A DNA stretch of 64,000 bases. Source: Macrostomum lignano. Lineage: Eukaryota. Position 1 is the first letter of the stretch. Each line of letters begins with the position of its first letter. Positions 12,201-41,000 of the stretch are shown here, piece after piece. The DNA is taken from NCBI GenBank assembly GCA_002269645.1, contig NIVC01003921.1, forward strand, positions 1-64,000, written 5' to 3'. The notes under the pieces were generated by a model. It made no database searches and had not been told where the DNA came from. It worked only from the letters and a program-made list of their open reading frames with translations. Position numbers and translations under genes: made by a program.

Positions 12201-15200
12201 AGAGCCTGCGGAGATGAGAGATGAGAGATAACGGACCTGATAAGATAACTGAGACAGTGGATGCGACATTACTAGCGTAGGTACGAGATAACACAAGGAG
12301 ATAAGAGAAAATTAGTAAAGATAGGAAGTCAGAGATAAGAGATAAGAGTTGGCAGCTCGAAGATCAAATCTGAAAAGTTGTAAAGTAAATTAATAGAAAA
12401 TAGTCTTTTCAAACTGACTTACCCCTACTTCCCTGAGGTCCTGCATCACCAGTTGGACCAGGCGGCCCTTGGGGTCCCCTCGATGACGTCGTTGGACCAG
12501 GGTCTCCAGTTGGACCCTTAAGGAGAAAATTCGAGGCCGAATACCACCGATTGAACAGGCTGAAGGCTGTGTGCTGTTACTACCAAATATGCCTTTAACT
12601 AACAAGTTCAGCCTAACCAACCCTTCCTGCACATCCATCACCCTATTCTGAAACACCCACCACTAATGACCCATGCAGGCACACCCGGCACCCGAGTCAC
12701 TCAAACCCTAGCAAGCAAACCCACCACCCCATTCTAGCAAACTCACCACCCCTATTCAAACAAACCCACCAACCTCATTCCAGCAAACCCACCAACCCCA
12801 TTCCAGTAAACCCACCACCCCAAGTCTAGCAAACCCTCCACCCCATTCTAGCAAACCCACCACCCTAATTCGAACAAACCCACCACCCCCATTCTAGCAA
12901 ACCCACCACCCCATTTTAGCAAACCCACCACCCCTATTCTAGCAAACCCTCCACCCCATTCTAGCAAACCCACCGCCCCTATTCAAACAAACCCACCACC
13001 CCAATTTCAGCAAACCCACCACCCCCATTCTAGCAAACCCTCCACCCCCATTCTAGCAAACCCACCACCCTAATTCGAACAAATCCAGCACCCCCATTCT
13101 AGCAAACCCACCGCCCCTATTCAAACAAACCCACCAACCCCATTCCAGCAAACCCACCACCCCCATTCTAGCAAACCCACCGCCCCTATTCAAACAAACC
13201 CACCATCCCAATTTCAGCAAACCCATCACCCCCATTCTAGCAAACCCATCGCCCCTATTCAAACAAACCTCCATCCCAATTTCAGCAAACCCACCAACCC
13301 CATTCTAGCAAACCCACCACCCCCATTCCAGCAAACCCACCAACCCCATTCCAGCAAACCCACCACCCCCATTCCAGCAAACCCACCGCCCCCATTCTAG
13401 CAAACCCTCCACCTCTATTTCATAAAACCCACACCTCAGGACCACTCACCCGCATTCCTTTCTGTCCTTTTTTTCCGGGGTCTCCTATATCGCCTTTGAT
13501 GCCGATCTCTCCTGGGCCTCCTTTCCGTCCGGTGTTGCCGTCCTTGCCCGGCTCGCCTGCGACGCCACGCGACCCTACCTCGCCGCGAGGTCCCGGTTTG
13601 CCCGGCGGGCCCTTCACACCTGGGTCGCCGTTCCCTCCGGTACCACCTTGAATTCCGACAGTGCCCTGCAAATTAAATTACGAGCGTAATAGTTAAAAAT
13701 CACCCCTATAATTTCAAGTTCTAGTATCGTCATTCAAGAACTTTACTACTAAATCCTAGCACTTAAGATACTCAAGTAAGCAAATCCATGTTTTTACAAC
13801 CCAAAACCAATCTTTACAACTCTTTAATCGTAAATCCGAACAATTGAACCTTTAATATCGACCAGAAAAAATTAAATCTCTTTTTCAACTCCCTAATGAT
13901 TGATAGTGCGAACTAAACTAAAAGCCGAAACAATCAGACTTCCCAATGATCAATAGAAATTCCGCATGATCATGACAGATTGAAGATCATCCCCAATATT
14001 AGCCAGCCGCCAGACCTGGTCACCCTTCACGCCTCGCTCTCCCTTAGGTCCAAGCTCTCCCTTGAAGCCTTTGTCCCCAGCTGGGCCGCTCATGTTATTG
14101 ACTAGAATGTCCAACAGCGAGTAGTTGCTCGATGTCAGGGCGATGCGAGTCTCGATGCCTGGACTGCCTTTTCGACCTTTTTCACCTTTGTAGCCCTGAA
14201 GACAGGTGGGAAGGTTAGTCCAATTGTCAATAATTAGAAATACGAGCGTACGAGCGTAAATCGATACTTTCGTCTGGTAGCAAATGAACGCGCTTTGCTC
14301 TCACCTTCGGGCCGATGACAAACTCTCCGATTCGGCCTTTATCGCCTCTCTGACCTCTCTGACCTTCGTATCCGAGTTGGCCCTGGAAGTAAGAATAGTT
14401 GAAATAGCTCTGAACGCTTTCCATGAATTATCAATAATTGTGCCTTAGGTCACTTGAGTTTTTCGTAAAGACCCGCGTGAGTTTCAAAATAAACACAGGT
14501 GAGTTGTAGAATAAGTGTACAATGATCGCACCTTGTTTCCTTTCTCGCCTTTGTAGCCCTTCTCGCCGGGAGGGCCTTCCGGTCCGGTCGGGCCGGGAAA
14601 GCCAATGTAGCCGGGTCGCCCGGGTCACCTGGGAGGCCTTTGAGAGAGGCAAGCGACTCAGCCGGCTGGCCCTGGAAAAGAGAAGGGTTTGCCGGCAGCT
14701 TGTGTAAATTGCAAGTTGATACAGGTGTGGAGCGACGGGGAAGGGTTTGCTGGGCTGGCTGTCTGGGTGTGGAGCGATGGGCAAGGGTTTGCTGGGCTGG
14801 CTGTCTGGGTGTGGAGCGATGGGGAAGGGTTTGCTCGGCTGGCTATCTGGGTGTGGAGCGATGGGGAAGGGTTTGCTCGGCTGGCTATCTGGGTGCGGAG
14901 CGATGGGCAAGGGTTTGCTCGGCTGGCTATCTGGGTGTGGAGCGATGGGGAAGGGTTTGCTCGGCTGGCTATCTGGGTGCGGAGCGACGGGGATTGGTTT
15001 GCTCGGCTGGCTGTCTGGGTGTGGAGCGATGGGGAAGGGTTTGATGGGCTGGCTATTTGGGTGTGTAGCGATGGGGAAGGGTTTGATGGGCTGGATATTT
15101 GGGTGTGTAGCGATGGGGAAGAGTTTGAGGGGTTTCCTTTTCAGTACTAATTTCAGTCATATAGACCATCAAGATCATCGCCTTTGTTTCACCTTCCGAC

Positions 15201-16757
15201 CCTGCGGTCCTCTGGATCCGTTGTCGCCCTTTTCGCCGAAATCGCCCGGAGCGCCCGGCTGACCCGGATCGCCCGGCCGGCCGCTGCATCCGGGCTCGCC
15301 TTTAAAACCGAACGTGCCGTCTACGCCTCTGGCACCTCGGGTGCCCTGTGGATGAGGTTTTTTTATTGAAAAAAGATGCATAGACAGATCTGAAGCAGGT
15401 ATTAGTGGCAGTAACAAAAACTCACCTTCGGTCCCGTGTCTCCCTGAATGCCAACTTCGCCCGGTTCGCCCGTTGCACCTTTGAATCCTTTCGGTCCGTA
15501 GGGCCCCTCGGCGCCTTTCCGGCCTTTTTCACCTCGTGCTCCCGGAGGTCCAGCCAGGCCGTTAATGCCTTTGATGCCTTTAGGACCTCGATCGCCCTGA
15601 AGAGAGCAATGGGGTGAAGAGCTTTTGAGAATGGCTGCTTTGACCGGGTGTGAGAGATTGGAAAAAGGTTTGTGAAGTTGGCTATCTAAGTGTGGAGCGA
15701 TGGGGGAAGGGTTTGTAGAGTTGGCTATCTGAGTGTGGAGCGATGGGGGAAAGGTTTGTAGAGTTGGCTATCTGAGTGTGGAGCGATGGGGGAAGGGTTT
15801 GTAGAGTTGGCTATCTGAGTGTGGAGCGATGGGGGAAGGGTTTGTAGAGTTGGCTATCTGAGTGTGGAGCGATGGGGGAAGGGTTTGTAGAGTTGGCTAT
15901 CTGAGTGTGGAGCGATGGGGGAAGGGGGTTTGTAGAGTTGGCTATCTGAGTGTGGAGCGATGGGGGAAAGGTTTGTAGAGTTGGCTATCTGAGTGTGGAG
16001 CGATGGGGGAAGGGTTTGTAGAGTTGGCTATCTGAGTGTGGAGCGATGGGGGAAGGGGGTTTGTAGAGTTGGCTATCTGAGGGTGGAGCGATGGGGGAAG
16101 GGGGTTTGTAGAGTTGGCTAAGTGTGGAGCGATTAAGTTGCATCATTAGTACAAGTTCACCAGATGACTTGACTGTTGCATTTTAGTCAAGTGATGAGTC
16201 ATTTGCTTACCGCGTAGCCCTTGGCTCCGTCGCACATGCAAGGTTCGGTGGCGCAAGTCTGCAATGCAAAGCATCGTGGGGCAGCATGTTTTTGTCGGCT
16301 TTTATGACGCATCAAAGGTGACCGAGGGGGTAGTTTCCCAGAAAATAAGAATATTTACAACTCCTCCACTAGGTGAATTACCAACATGCCTGTGTTGCAA
16401 GAAATTAACATATGATTGTCTTCATGATAGAGTTTTGTGAAACCAGCTCAGCGGATGACCAGTCACTAAATCGATGCAGCGACAAATAGCTATTTATACA
16501 TCACTTAAAATTGAAAAAATGGTGAGAAGGCCTAAAAAGCTTCAAGCCTGAAGGCCTAAAACGAAACTAGCTCGTAAGTAAATTGGCTACAAATTATATC
16601 GACGGCTGTGGACTTCAGTATGAAAAAATCTGGAAAAATGCATCTTGAAACTCACCGCAGCCGACCTGACGGGCTCAGGAAGGCAGCTCAATGCAACTAG
16701 CAACGCAAAGAGAAGCAGCAGAGGCAGCCTGGGCGCATTACGACGGCGTTGCTCCAT
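6269..16757 (-). CDS. COL4A1-like: Type IV collagen alpha chain A (alpha1-like, divergent), about 1770 aa, 15 coding exons
   Basis: Exons (minus strand, all GT-AG, phases consistent): 16757-16656 (signal peptide [34 protein letters not shown]), 16258-16211 ([16 protein letters not shown]), 15596-15426, 15345-15193, 14671-14532, 14382-14305, 14195-14016, 13665-13450, 12516-12423, 12205-11613, 11481-11278, 10998-9622, 9056-7478, 7335-7249, 6552-6269. Gly-X-Y body with interruptions. NC1 has 12 Cys (HSQ..CPSG, GSPGSCL, SYWLST, ISRCAVC, CPSGW, SSPGSCL, FIEC, ARCVVC). C-x5-C spacing (CRGEGSC) resembles alpha1, so subtype is tentative. Three single-base deletions in short homopolymers (about 14620, 8042, 8006) break the frame as assembled. 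Confidence 0.93.
6585..7200. repeat. 20-bp intronic minisatellite
   Basis: Unit GAGTGTGCTTGTGGATGTCT and variants, about 30 copies, in the last intron of collagen A. Confidence 0.95.
12690..13410. repeat. About 22-bp intronic minisatellite
   Basis: Unit CCCCATTCTAGCAAACCCACCA with variants, in collagen A intron 12517-13449. Confidence 0.92.
14725..15125. repeat. 42-bp intronic minisatellite
   Basis: Unit GTGTGGAGCGATGGGGAAGGGTTTGCTCGGCTGGCTATCTGG, about 9 copies. Confidence 0.93.
15680..16130. repeat. 43-bp intronic minisatellite related to the 14725-15125 array
   Basis: Unit GTGTGGAGCGATGGGGGAAGGGTTTGTAGAGTTGGCTATCTGA, about 10 copies. Confidence 0.93.
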
Positions 16758-17865
16758 TGAGATCACGCAAGTCCCGGGTGAAGCTCAATGCCGTCTCCGT
16801 TGCTCCGGAAGCCTTTCTAACCAGTATGCTAGCAGGGTTTATCAATCTGTTCTCTTCACCAAATTGGATCCAACTGTTGGACGGCGGCAATGTGCCGGCT
16901 GCTGCGGCGTTGCTAGGAAAATGCAAAACCGATTCCTGGGCGGATGGGTGGGTAGCGCCGCTTGTACGCGCCGCCAGGTGATGCGCAGAAGCGTTTCCTT
17001 TCCTTCTTCTGCCCGATCTCCTCTCGGCCCGGTTAGGGGAAGGTATAGTTTTAGCAAAAGCTGGAACGTGGAGGGAAGTTTAACTGCGCTCTGATGCGCT
17101 ACGACTGGGCGCTCCGGAGTTGCGCCATCTTCCTCTTCTTTTCCCTAGAAGAAGACCAAGAACTGCGCATAAACCGGTAATGGGGTGAAGGCAGGGCAGG
17201 CTAGGATGCAGCATCCGCAGCATCCGGGATGACGGGATGCGGAATTCGCCGGACAAATTTGGTACATTCGCTGCGCTCTTGTGCGCGCGGCAGTGCGTCA
17301 GACCCGGCCGGGGGCTTGTAGCAGCATTCGCGCAAGCAGCAAACTTGGACGCTCTACCGGAACCCGCGCGCGACTGACTGGGCCAGATCGAAAACTCCAG
17401 AGGGTCGGGGCTGGGCTTAGAGGGGTTCGGGTAGGGTAAGGCGGAACCAGTGCGCGTTCGCCATTCACCTTGAAGAAAGAGAGGCGGAGAGGACGAGGAA
17501 AAGTTAGGCTGGGCCAGAAATTTGCTTTCACTTGCCAGTCTCTGAACCCCGCAATCCGTCCACAAATGGCGCACAAGTAGCGAAAGTAGCGTTTCTACCC
17601 CGATATTCTGCGGCCTCATCCCCGCTTCCGAACTTCCCTCTCCTCTCCCAGTCTCCTATTTTCTCTCTCTCTCTCTATTCGGGTTTGATTTCGCAGCACA
17701 GCAACGAACCTCGCCGAGCGTTGCCTCTCTCGAGGATATCTCCAATTGCTTCCGGACCCTCGAGCAGAGCCGTGTCCAGAGCAGCCAGCGGGTGTCCATT
17801 GTATTGTAGCGAATAGGTAACTGGAAGACGTCGGGTAAAGATCAAGGGGAACTTTGTCTGGTGGC
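16758..17865. promoter_or_regulatory. Probable bidirectional promoter/5' UTR region between the divergent collagen IV genes
   Basis: The two start codons (16757 minus, 17866 plus) face away from each other 1108 bp apart. The region is GC- and CpG-rich and free of tandem arrays. TSSs cannot be located from sequence. Confidence 0.6.
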
Positions 17866-33933
<16,068 letters not shown>

Positions 33934-35214
33934 AGAATTGTAACAGCCACTGTAGTAAAATTTGCATTCGCACATACTTCCTAATAAATCTAAAAAATTT
34001 CAGTGATTGCTCGAAGAGGAATACGTGGTCTAATTCACCCCATAATAGTGAATTTTTCTTTCGCTCTGCTATTTAAGGTTTATAAACGAGACTATTTTGT
34101 CAATAGGCAATAAACAGTGTTAGCGAGGCCACTATAATTCTAGTCTGCCTCCTATTGGCTGCGTGGATGTGCGCACAACCGAGACTGGCCATGTACAATT
34201 GTACGATCGTCGGGGATAGAAAATATCTTCTCCCTCTCTAACCCCAACCTCACTCACGCCACGCCATTGCCTTTCCCAGCTCATTATTTCAGGGGCCATA
34301 AAAACCGCAAATCAGCCCTCCCAGTCTTACTTAAGATAAGCTTTTGAGAGAAAATCAAGGTCAAGGTCATTCGATCGTTGTGTCGCCTTAAGCTACCTTA
34401 GCGCATGTTACGACCGTACATGTAGAAACAATCAATTCTTCCAACACTTGACCATCTGTATGCTGATGCCATGCGAGCATAGAACTCTCTTTTTATGTCT
34501 AAATGTATTAGTAAAATTTCTCAATTATATTTTTCTTTGTACAAGCGTATGCAATCAAGCTACTATATGGCATTGCTTTGTGTCGCTATTAAATGTAAAC
34601 ATGCAGTGTGGTTAAAATGACGATGGAAATGCAAAAAAGCCCAAAAGAGACACTTATAGCTCGTAGATCGTTTCGTTTGTCCAGCTTCATCGTGCTGTGT
34701 GTTATGCTAAATATTTTAACTTTCTTAAAAACAAATTAGCTAATTGAACCGATTCAATTTATAGCCCTTATATTTATTCGTTCATAATGCTGTTTTATTA
34801 AACTTTTTAAGTATAATTATATTTATGGCAGAATAAATTGAAAAATGCTTTTTGACTCCTTAAATGCTTAACTATACATGTACGCCGCAAAAAGACTGCA
34901 AAGAAAAACGCAGTATCAAAGTAATTTATTCTCGTGGATCTGAGTTTGCTCACAAAAATAGCTCTGGTAGTTGAGTGAATACATTGTATTTAAGTATTTG
35001 TTCTGCAAGTTTATTCACAAGGCTTAGTCAAGGCTTACGGGGGAATTGGTGAGAAGGCAAGGCTAGGGGAAAATTGTTGAGATATAAATGCTGAGGTCAG
35101 AAGCTAGATGCAGTTATTTAAAAAAATATTACATTCTTTGTTTGCTCCCCAAACGGGGCGTAGATTGCTAGTCATTATACTAAAATTAAATGCCAAATGC
35201 GTGTGTACACGTGG

Positions 35215-35570
35215 GGGCCAAGATTGAGAGGTCGGATTCGCGTATGTACACACGAGGACGAGATTGAAAAGTCCGCGTATGTACACGCGGGGACGAGATT
35301 GAAGTCAGATTCGGGTATTGAGACGAGATTGAGAGGTCGAGTTTGCGTATGTACACATGGGGACGAGATTGAGAGGTCGAGTTTGCGTATGTACACATGG
35401 GGACGAGATTGAGAGGTTGAGTTTGCGTATGTACACATGGGGACGAGATTGAGTTTGCGTATGTACACATGGGGACGAGATTGAGAGGTTGAGTTTGCGT
35501 ATGTACACATGGGGACGAGATTGAGAGGTTGAGTTTGCGTATGTACACATGTAGACGAGATTGAAAGGTC
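35215..35570. repeat. About 40-bp minisatellite
   Basis: GGGGACGAGATTGAGAGGTCGAGTTTGCGTATGTACACAT-type units. Confidence 0.88.
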
Positions 35571-36569
35571 GGATCGCTTTCGTACACAAAAGGAATTAAA
35601 GCAAAACCATTTAATTAGCTTAGTAATCTTTTTGTGTGAAAAGGACCATAAATATCACTGTACTTTTGTTATATTGGCAATTTTTGCTACAATATTCATT
35701 AAATGAGTAGACTCACACCAACCCGCTTCTGGGCTTAACGCTTGATTTTAGTCGGAGAGTTCTACCTCTTATCATTTAACCAGCAGGATTTATCACATTT
35801 ACTAGGTACGAGTAAATTTGTGTTTATAGCTCGAATTCATTCTTCTCTGATAAGCAGTTTGATAGAACAAAATGAAACTGATTACAGACAGATCTCCAAT
35901 AAGTTTACAAGTCCATCGGAGAATGAAATGAAACGGCCTGTGTGTAAACTTTTTATTTTTTTATACTAATCGGTATAACTCGGAGAATCTTCAGCGAAAA
36001 GTACAGTCGAAATTGGCGAAATCATAGGTGCAATTTAACTTTTTTATAAAACACATTTTCCCAATCAATGAAGGCGTCGTGTCGAAAATAACAATTAACA
36101 AACCAACTATGTCAGTTAAAACAATTCTGAAACCGAGTTGATCAGGGAAAATGTGTAACCGCATATGTGCATTAATATTTTATAAATATACGATATTATT
36201 ATACTCTATCTAATGCAAACACGCATAGTACTAGTAATAGCTGAGATAGTGAACGCAAAAAACAATAAGAGATACCGAGTACGCACCAACTGGTTTTTTA
36301 TTGAAAAAAAATTAGACTCGATAATTTCGTCGCATTAAAAATACAAAATGACAACGCACTACTGCTAAGCTTGAGAACAGGAATCCATTAACTGGTCGTC
36401 CAATTGTTACAAGGTATTTGTTAATCAAGCCATTACTAACGGCTGAAACTGTCTAAAGCAACAGAGTGCTCAGTTATACTATTAGAGAAAGAAAAACTAG
36501 AAGTGTGGCCAACGTTATTTATGAATGCGCGTACACATAGGGCGAGATTGAAGGGTTGGGGAGGTCCTG

Positions 36570-37290
36570 TGTACCTGTGGGGACGGGATTGAGGGGTCGG
36601 AGACGCACTGTGCACATATGGGGACGGGATTGAGGGGTCGGAGACGTTTGTGCACATTTGGGGACGGGATTGAGGGGTCGGAGACGTTTGTGCACATTTG
36701 GGGACGGGATTGAGGGGTCGGAGACGTACTGTGCACATATGGGGACGGGATTGAGGGGTCGGAGACGTTTGTGCACATATGGGGACGGGATTGAGGGGTC
36801 GGAGACGCACTGTGCACATATGGGACGGGATTGAGGGGTCGGAGACGCACTGTGCACATATGGGGACGGGATTGAGGGGTCGGAGACGCACTGTGCACAT
36901 ATGGGGACGGGATTGAGGGGTCGGAGACGCACTGTGCACATATGGGGACGGGATTGAGGGGTCGGAGACGTACTGTGCACATATGGGGACGGGATTGAGG
37001 GGTCGGAGACGCACTGTGCACATATGGGGACGGGATTGAGGGGTCGGAGACGCACTGTGCACATATGGGGACGGGATTGAGGGGTCGGAGACGTACTGTG
37101 CACATATGGGGACGGGATTGAGGGGTCGGAGACGCACTGTGCACATATGGGGACGGGATTGAGGGGTCGGAGACGCACTGTGCACATATGGGGACGGGAT
37201 TGAGGGGTCGGAGACGTACTGTGCACATATGGGGACGGGATTGAGGGGTCGGAGACGTTTGTGCACATTTGGGGACGGGATTGAGGGTTC
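36570..37290. repeat. 41-bp minisatellite related to 35215-35570
   Basis: Unit GGGGACGGGATTGAGGGGTCGGAGACGCACTGTGCACATAT, about 17 copies. Confidence 0.95.
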
Positions 37291-38036
37291 GAAGACGCAG
37301 TGCGTACACTTTTGATCAAACGCCTGGTGGCATGCTCAGACACGGACCAGTCGATTTGAGTCTTTATTTCAAGTTTGTGTGTAAATACTGGTTGGTTTGT
37401 GTCTTTACCAAGCATTTATTTTTAAGTAAATAACTGGAGCAATGTGCTAACGATGAAGCCACACTTCCTAAACAGTGTTATAAAGGAAAGCACTTATAAT
37501 TTCGCATTACTGTATATGAAAAGCGGTACGCTATTAAATTAAGAATACAGTAAATGTTTTCATGCTGTTGACAGTTAATGGCTAATCCACTCGCAGCTAT
37601 AAGGTGCCAAAAGGTACTTAAATAATGAGTAGATACACAGTATAAGAAAAAAACAAAAGAAGATAAAAAAATCGAGTGTGAGAGTGATATATCTACAGAC
37701 AAAAACAATTGTTTAACTTAAGAAACATGGAATCCAATTAATTTTATAAAATCTCAATACTCTATAAAGTAGTAAAGTAAAACAATTCTATTGCCGTTAA
37801 TAACATTAATAACGAATAATTGCAGTTTATCATAGCATTATGAAATTCCCAATGCTCAGGCTGCTGGCAGTAAAAGTACCATTATAACAAAACTAACAAT
37901 TCTAATTGTTCTCCTTCCCGAATTCATTAAAGATGATAAACTCTGCAGCAATCTGTACCCAATCCCATTTATTAAAAGCTGATATTGATACTTCAGTTAC
38001 AGCGACTCAAAATTGTTGTTTATCCATAATCATAAT

Positions 38037-41000
38037 TTAATTACCGTGCCCGTTCACTTCGCAAATTGGTGTTAGCTTCATAAATATTTTGAATCGGCCA
38101 GCGATAACTTCGTCCGGGACTACGTGCAGAGAGAACCGCGACTCGCAATCCAGCTGGGATACCATCTGGCCGAGGGGAAGATTTGGGGAGGACAAATCCT
38201 TATGGGGGATTATTACTGTAGATTAAAAACCCACTGTATGGGGAGCAGCAAGATAGAGACCTCCTGTCTGGGGTGCACAGAGGTGAAGACCCACTGCCTG
38301 GGGCGCAGGGAGGTGAAGACCCACTGTCTGTAGGGGGATGTGAAGACCCACTGTCTGTAGGGGGGTGTGAAGACCCACTGTCTGTAGGAGGAGGGATGTG
38401 AAGACCCACTGTCTGTAGGGGGATGTGAAGACCCACTGTCTGTAGGGCGATGTGAAGACCCACTGTCTGTAGGGCGATGTGAAGACCCACTGTCTGTAGG
38501 AGGAGGGATGTGAAGACCCACTGTCTGTAGGGGGAGGAAGGTGAAGACCCATTCCGGAGGGATCTGAGAAGAAGCAAAGCCAACTGTGTGGATCTGAGAA
38601 GAAGCAAAGCCAACTGTGTGGATCTGAGAAGAAGCAAAGCCAACTGTGTGGATCTGAGAAGAAGCAAAGCCAACTGTGTGGATCTGAGAAGAAGCAAAGC
38701 CAGCTGTGTGGATCTGATCGGCACAGATAAGACTATAAGGAGTACCAAATAAAATTCTCACCTCGTCGCTGATGCAGACGGGAATTCCGGCAGGTCCGCA
38801 GAGAAGTACCTGGGAGATTTTCTCACCGTCCGATTGGAACAGACCAGCAATTTTGGTCAGCAATTCCTGATAGCTCAGGGTGCTCAAATACACCGGGTGA
38901 AACACTGTGGGCGGATAGGGGTGGAGGTCTAGCGGGCTTTGATGCTTAATCGAACTAAGGGAGGAAACCCTTGAGCAAAGAAATCCTAGCTGCTGTTGGT
39001 TAAAAAATAAGCAATTTTCAACAAAAAGCTGAGGCGAAAAGACGTGATATCAGTGAATGTAAAGTTTGTCTGAGTAGGGATTTAGGGGAGATTATCTGAG
39101 TAGGGATTTAGGGGAGATTGTCTGAGTAGGGATTTAGGGGAGATTATCTGAGTAGGGATTTAGGGGAGATTGTCTGAGTAGGGATTTAGGGGAGATTGTC
39201 TGAGTAGGGATTTAGGGGAGATTAACTGAGTAGGGATTTAGGGGAGATTAACTGAGTAGGGATTTAGGGGAGATTGTCTGAGTAGGGATTTAGGGGAGAT
39301 TGTCTGACTAGGGATTTAGGGGAGATTATCTGAGTATGGATTTAGGGGAGATTGTCTGAGTGGGGATTTAGGGGAGATTATCTGAGTAGGGATTTAGGGG
39401 AGACTATCTGAGTAGGGATTTAGGGAGATTTTTTATGAGGAAAATTAAAGACGATTCAGCAGTAGATTCAGGGACAACTCTAAAAAGAAAAGGGGGTATT
39501 TATCTGACAATAGTCTAGGAGATTCAATAGAACTCATCTAGATCTCAGTATCTGAACTAACCATTCTCAGACTCCTGACCAACATAGAACAGCAGTTTGT
39601 AACGGCAGGGCCGCTGAGCCAGACCATTGTAGAGTCTAACTCCGTCAGACGGACCGCAAATCTCAATAAGATCGGCTCTGGACAAGCGCAACAAGTCGGC
39701 GCCATTGAAATTGGCGAACAGCCGGGCCACTGTGGCGAACCGGTTCTGCTCCAGCCAGTCGGCAACCTGCTGAGGCGAGCTGTCGAATGTCAGGTTCACC
39801 GGGGACTCGCGGCCGCATTGCGAATTTCTACTAGCAACAGTGGCGGCGGCTGCTGCACAGGATGGGCTGGCGGGCGAGTGCACCGATTTGGGGCTTGGCG
39901 AGCTGCCAGACCCGCCGTCACCGCCGCTGCATTGCTGCGCTCGAGAGCCGGCCTCCTGCTTGCTGTTAGCGATTGGGTTTTTCTTCAACGGTTAGTTTTT
40001 TGTGACCTCCTAAATTTGGACACCGGATGCTAAATTGACATCCTGTTTTTTTCCTAAGCTGAGAGTCTGCAGACTTGTGCAACTTTTGAGGGTCGGAGAG
40101 GCTCAATTCCGTGCGCGGGAGCGTTAATTTGGGGCGATTCCCGCTCACGAGAACCGTGAGCGTTGGCTAAGAGCATTGGCTGAAAGCAGTCACGTGACTA
40201 CTATTTTGTCCAATAGCGACTTACGTGTGTGTGTAGCCAATAAAAACGGCCGGGTGAATCCTTAGGTTGCGCCCAAGCATGTGAGAGGGTCAGATGCGGC
40301 AATGTATAAAGGAATTCTGCCAACTAGTCTAACGCTTTTCAAACGCGTCCAATCCATAAAGATGCTCAATGTGCGTCAAAACCACAATCTGAGTATCCAC
40401 AAAGACCCGCTAGTTGAACTAGCTAAAACAGAATTACAGACTCACACGACAACACCGTCGGCGGGGCGGTCAGCGGCAGACTTGAGCTCGGGCTTGACCA
40501 GACTCAACAAGCCCTGCTCGCTCAGGTAAACAGTTGGCTTAAATGGAGTATAGAGCAGCGAAGGCTGGTATTTGCTGCGCTCGCTTTCCGTTCGCTTCTC
40601 TACTTTCTCCCTGTCGGTCTTGTGTTTCCTATCGGCGCCCTTGGGCTTAAACACTTTCACCTGGGCGGCCAGGCTCTGCAAATGGTTGCCAGTGGCATTG
40701 TCGAACGTGTCCACCTGCAGGCGGAACGGGATGCCCTTCTCGCCGCCGTGCTTTCTAGCCGTGAACTCCGTGCTGATGCAGTGCAGCTTCACGAATACGC
40801 CGCAGTCTGAGCTGCTGTCGCCGCCTTCCCATATCACCTCGGCCATGTTAATATGAGCAGGACTGATCTTCACGTCGCTCAGGTTGTATGATAGAGGGAT
40901 GTCAATGTCCAGGATGCGCTCGCCAGGCCTGCTCTGGCGCCAGTAATCCAGGTGCTCCTTCTCCATGAACTGCATCCGGCGCTCGTGGAAGCTGATGCGG

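Noticed and set aside
16691-16981. 96-aa plus-strand ORF and other ORFs in 16645-17867
   Set aside because: They are antisense to the collagen A signal-peptide exon or lie in the GC-rich promoter interval, with no homology cue.
36436-37415. Three 260-300-aa ORFs on minus
   Set aside because: All three frames of a 41-bp array are open; a repeat artefact.
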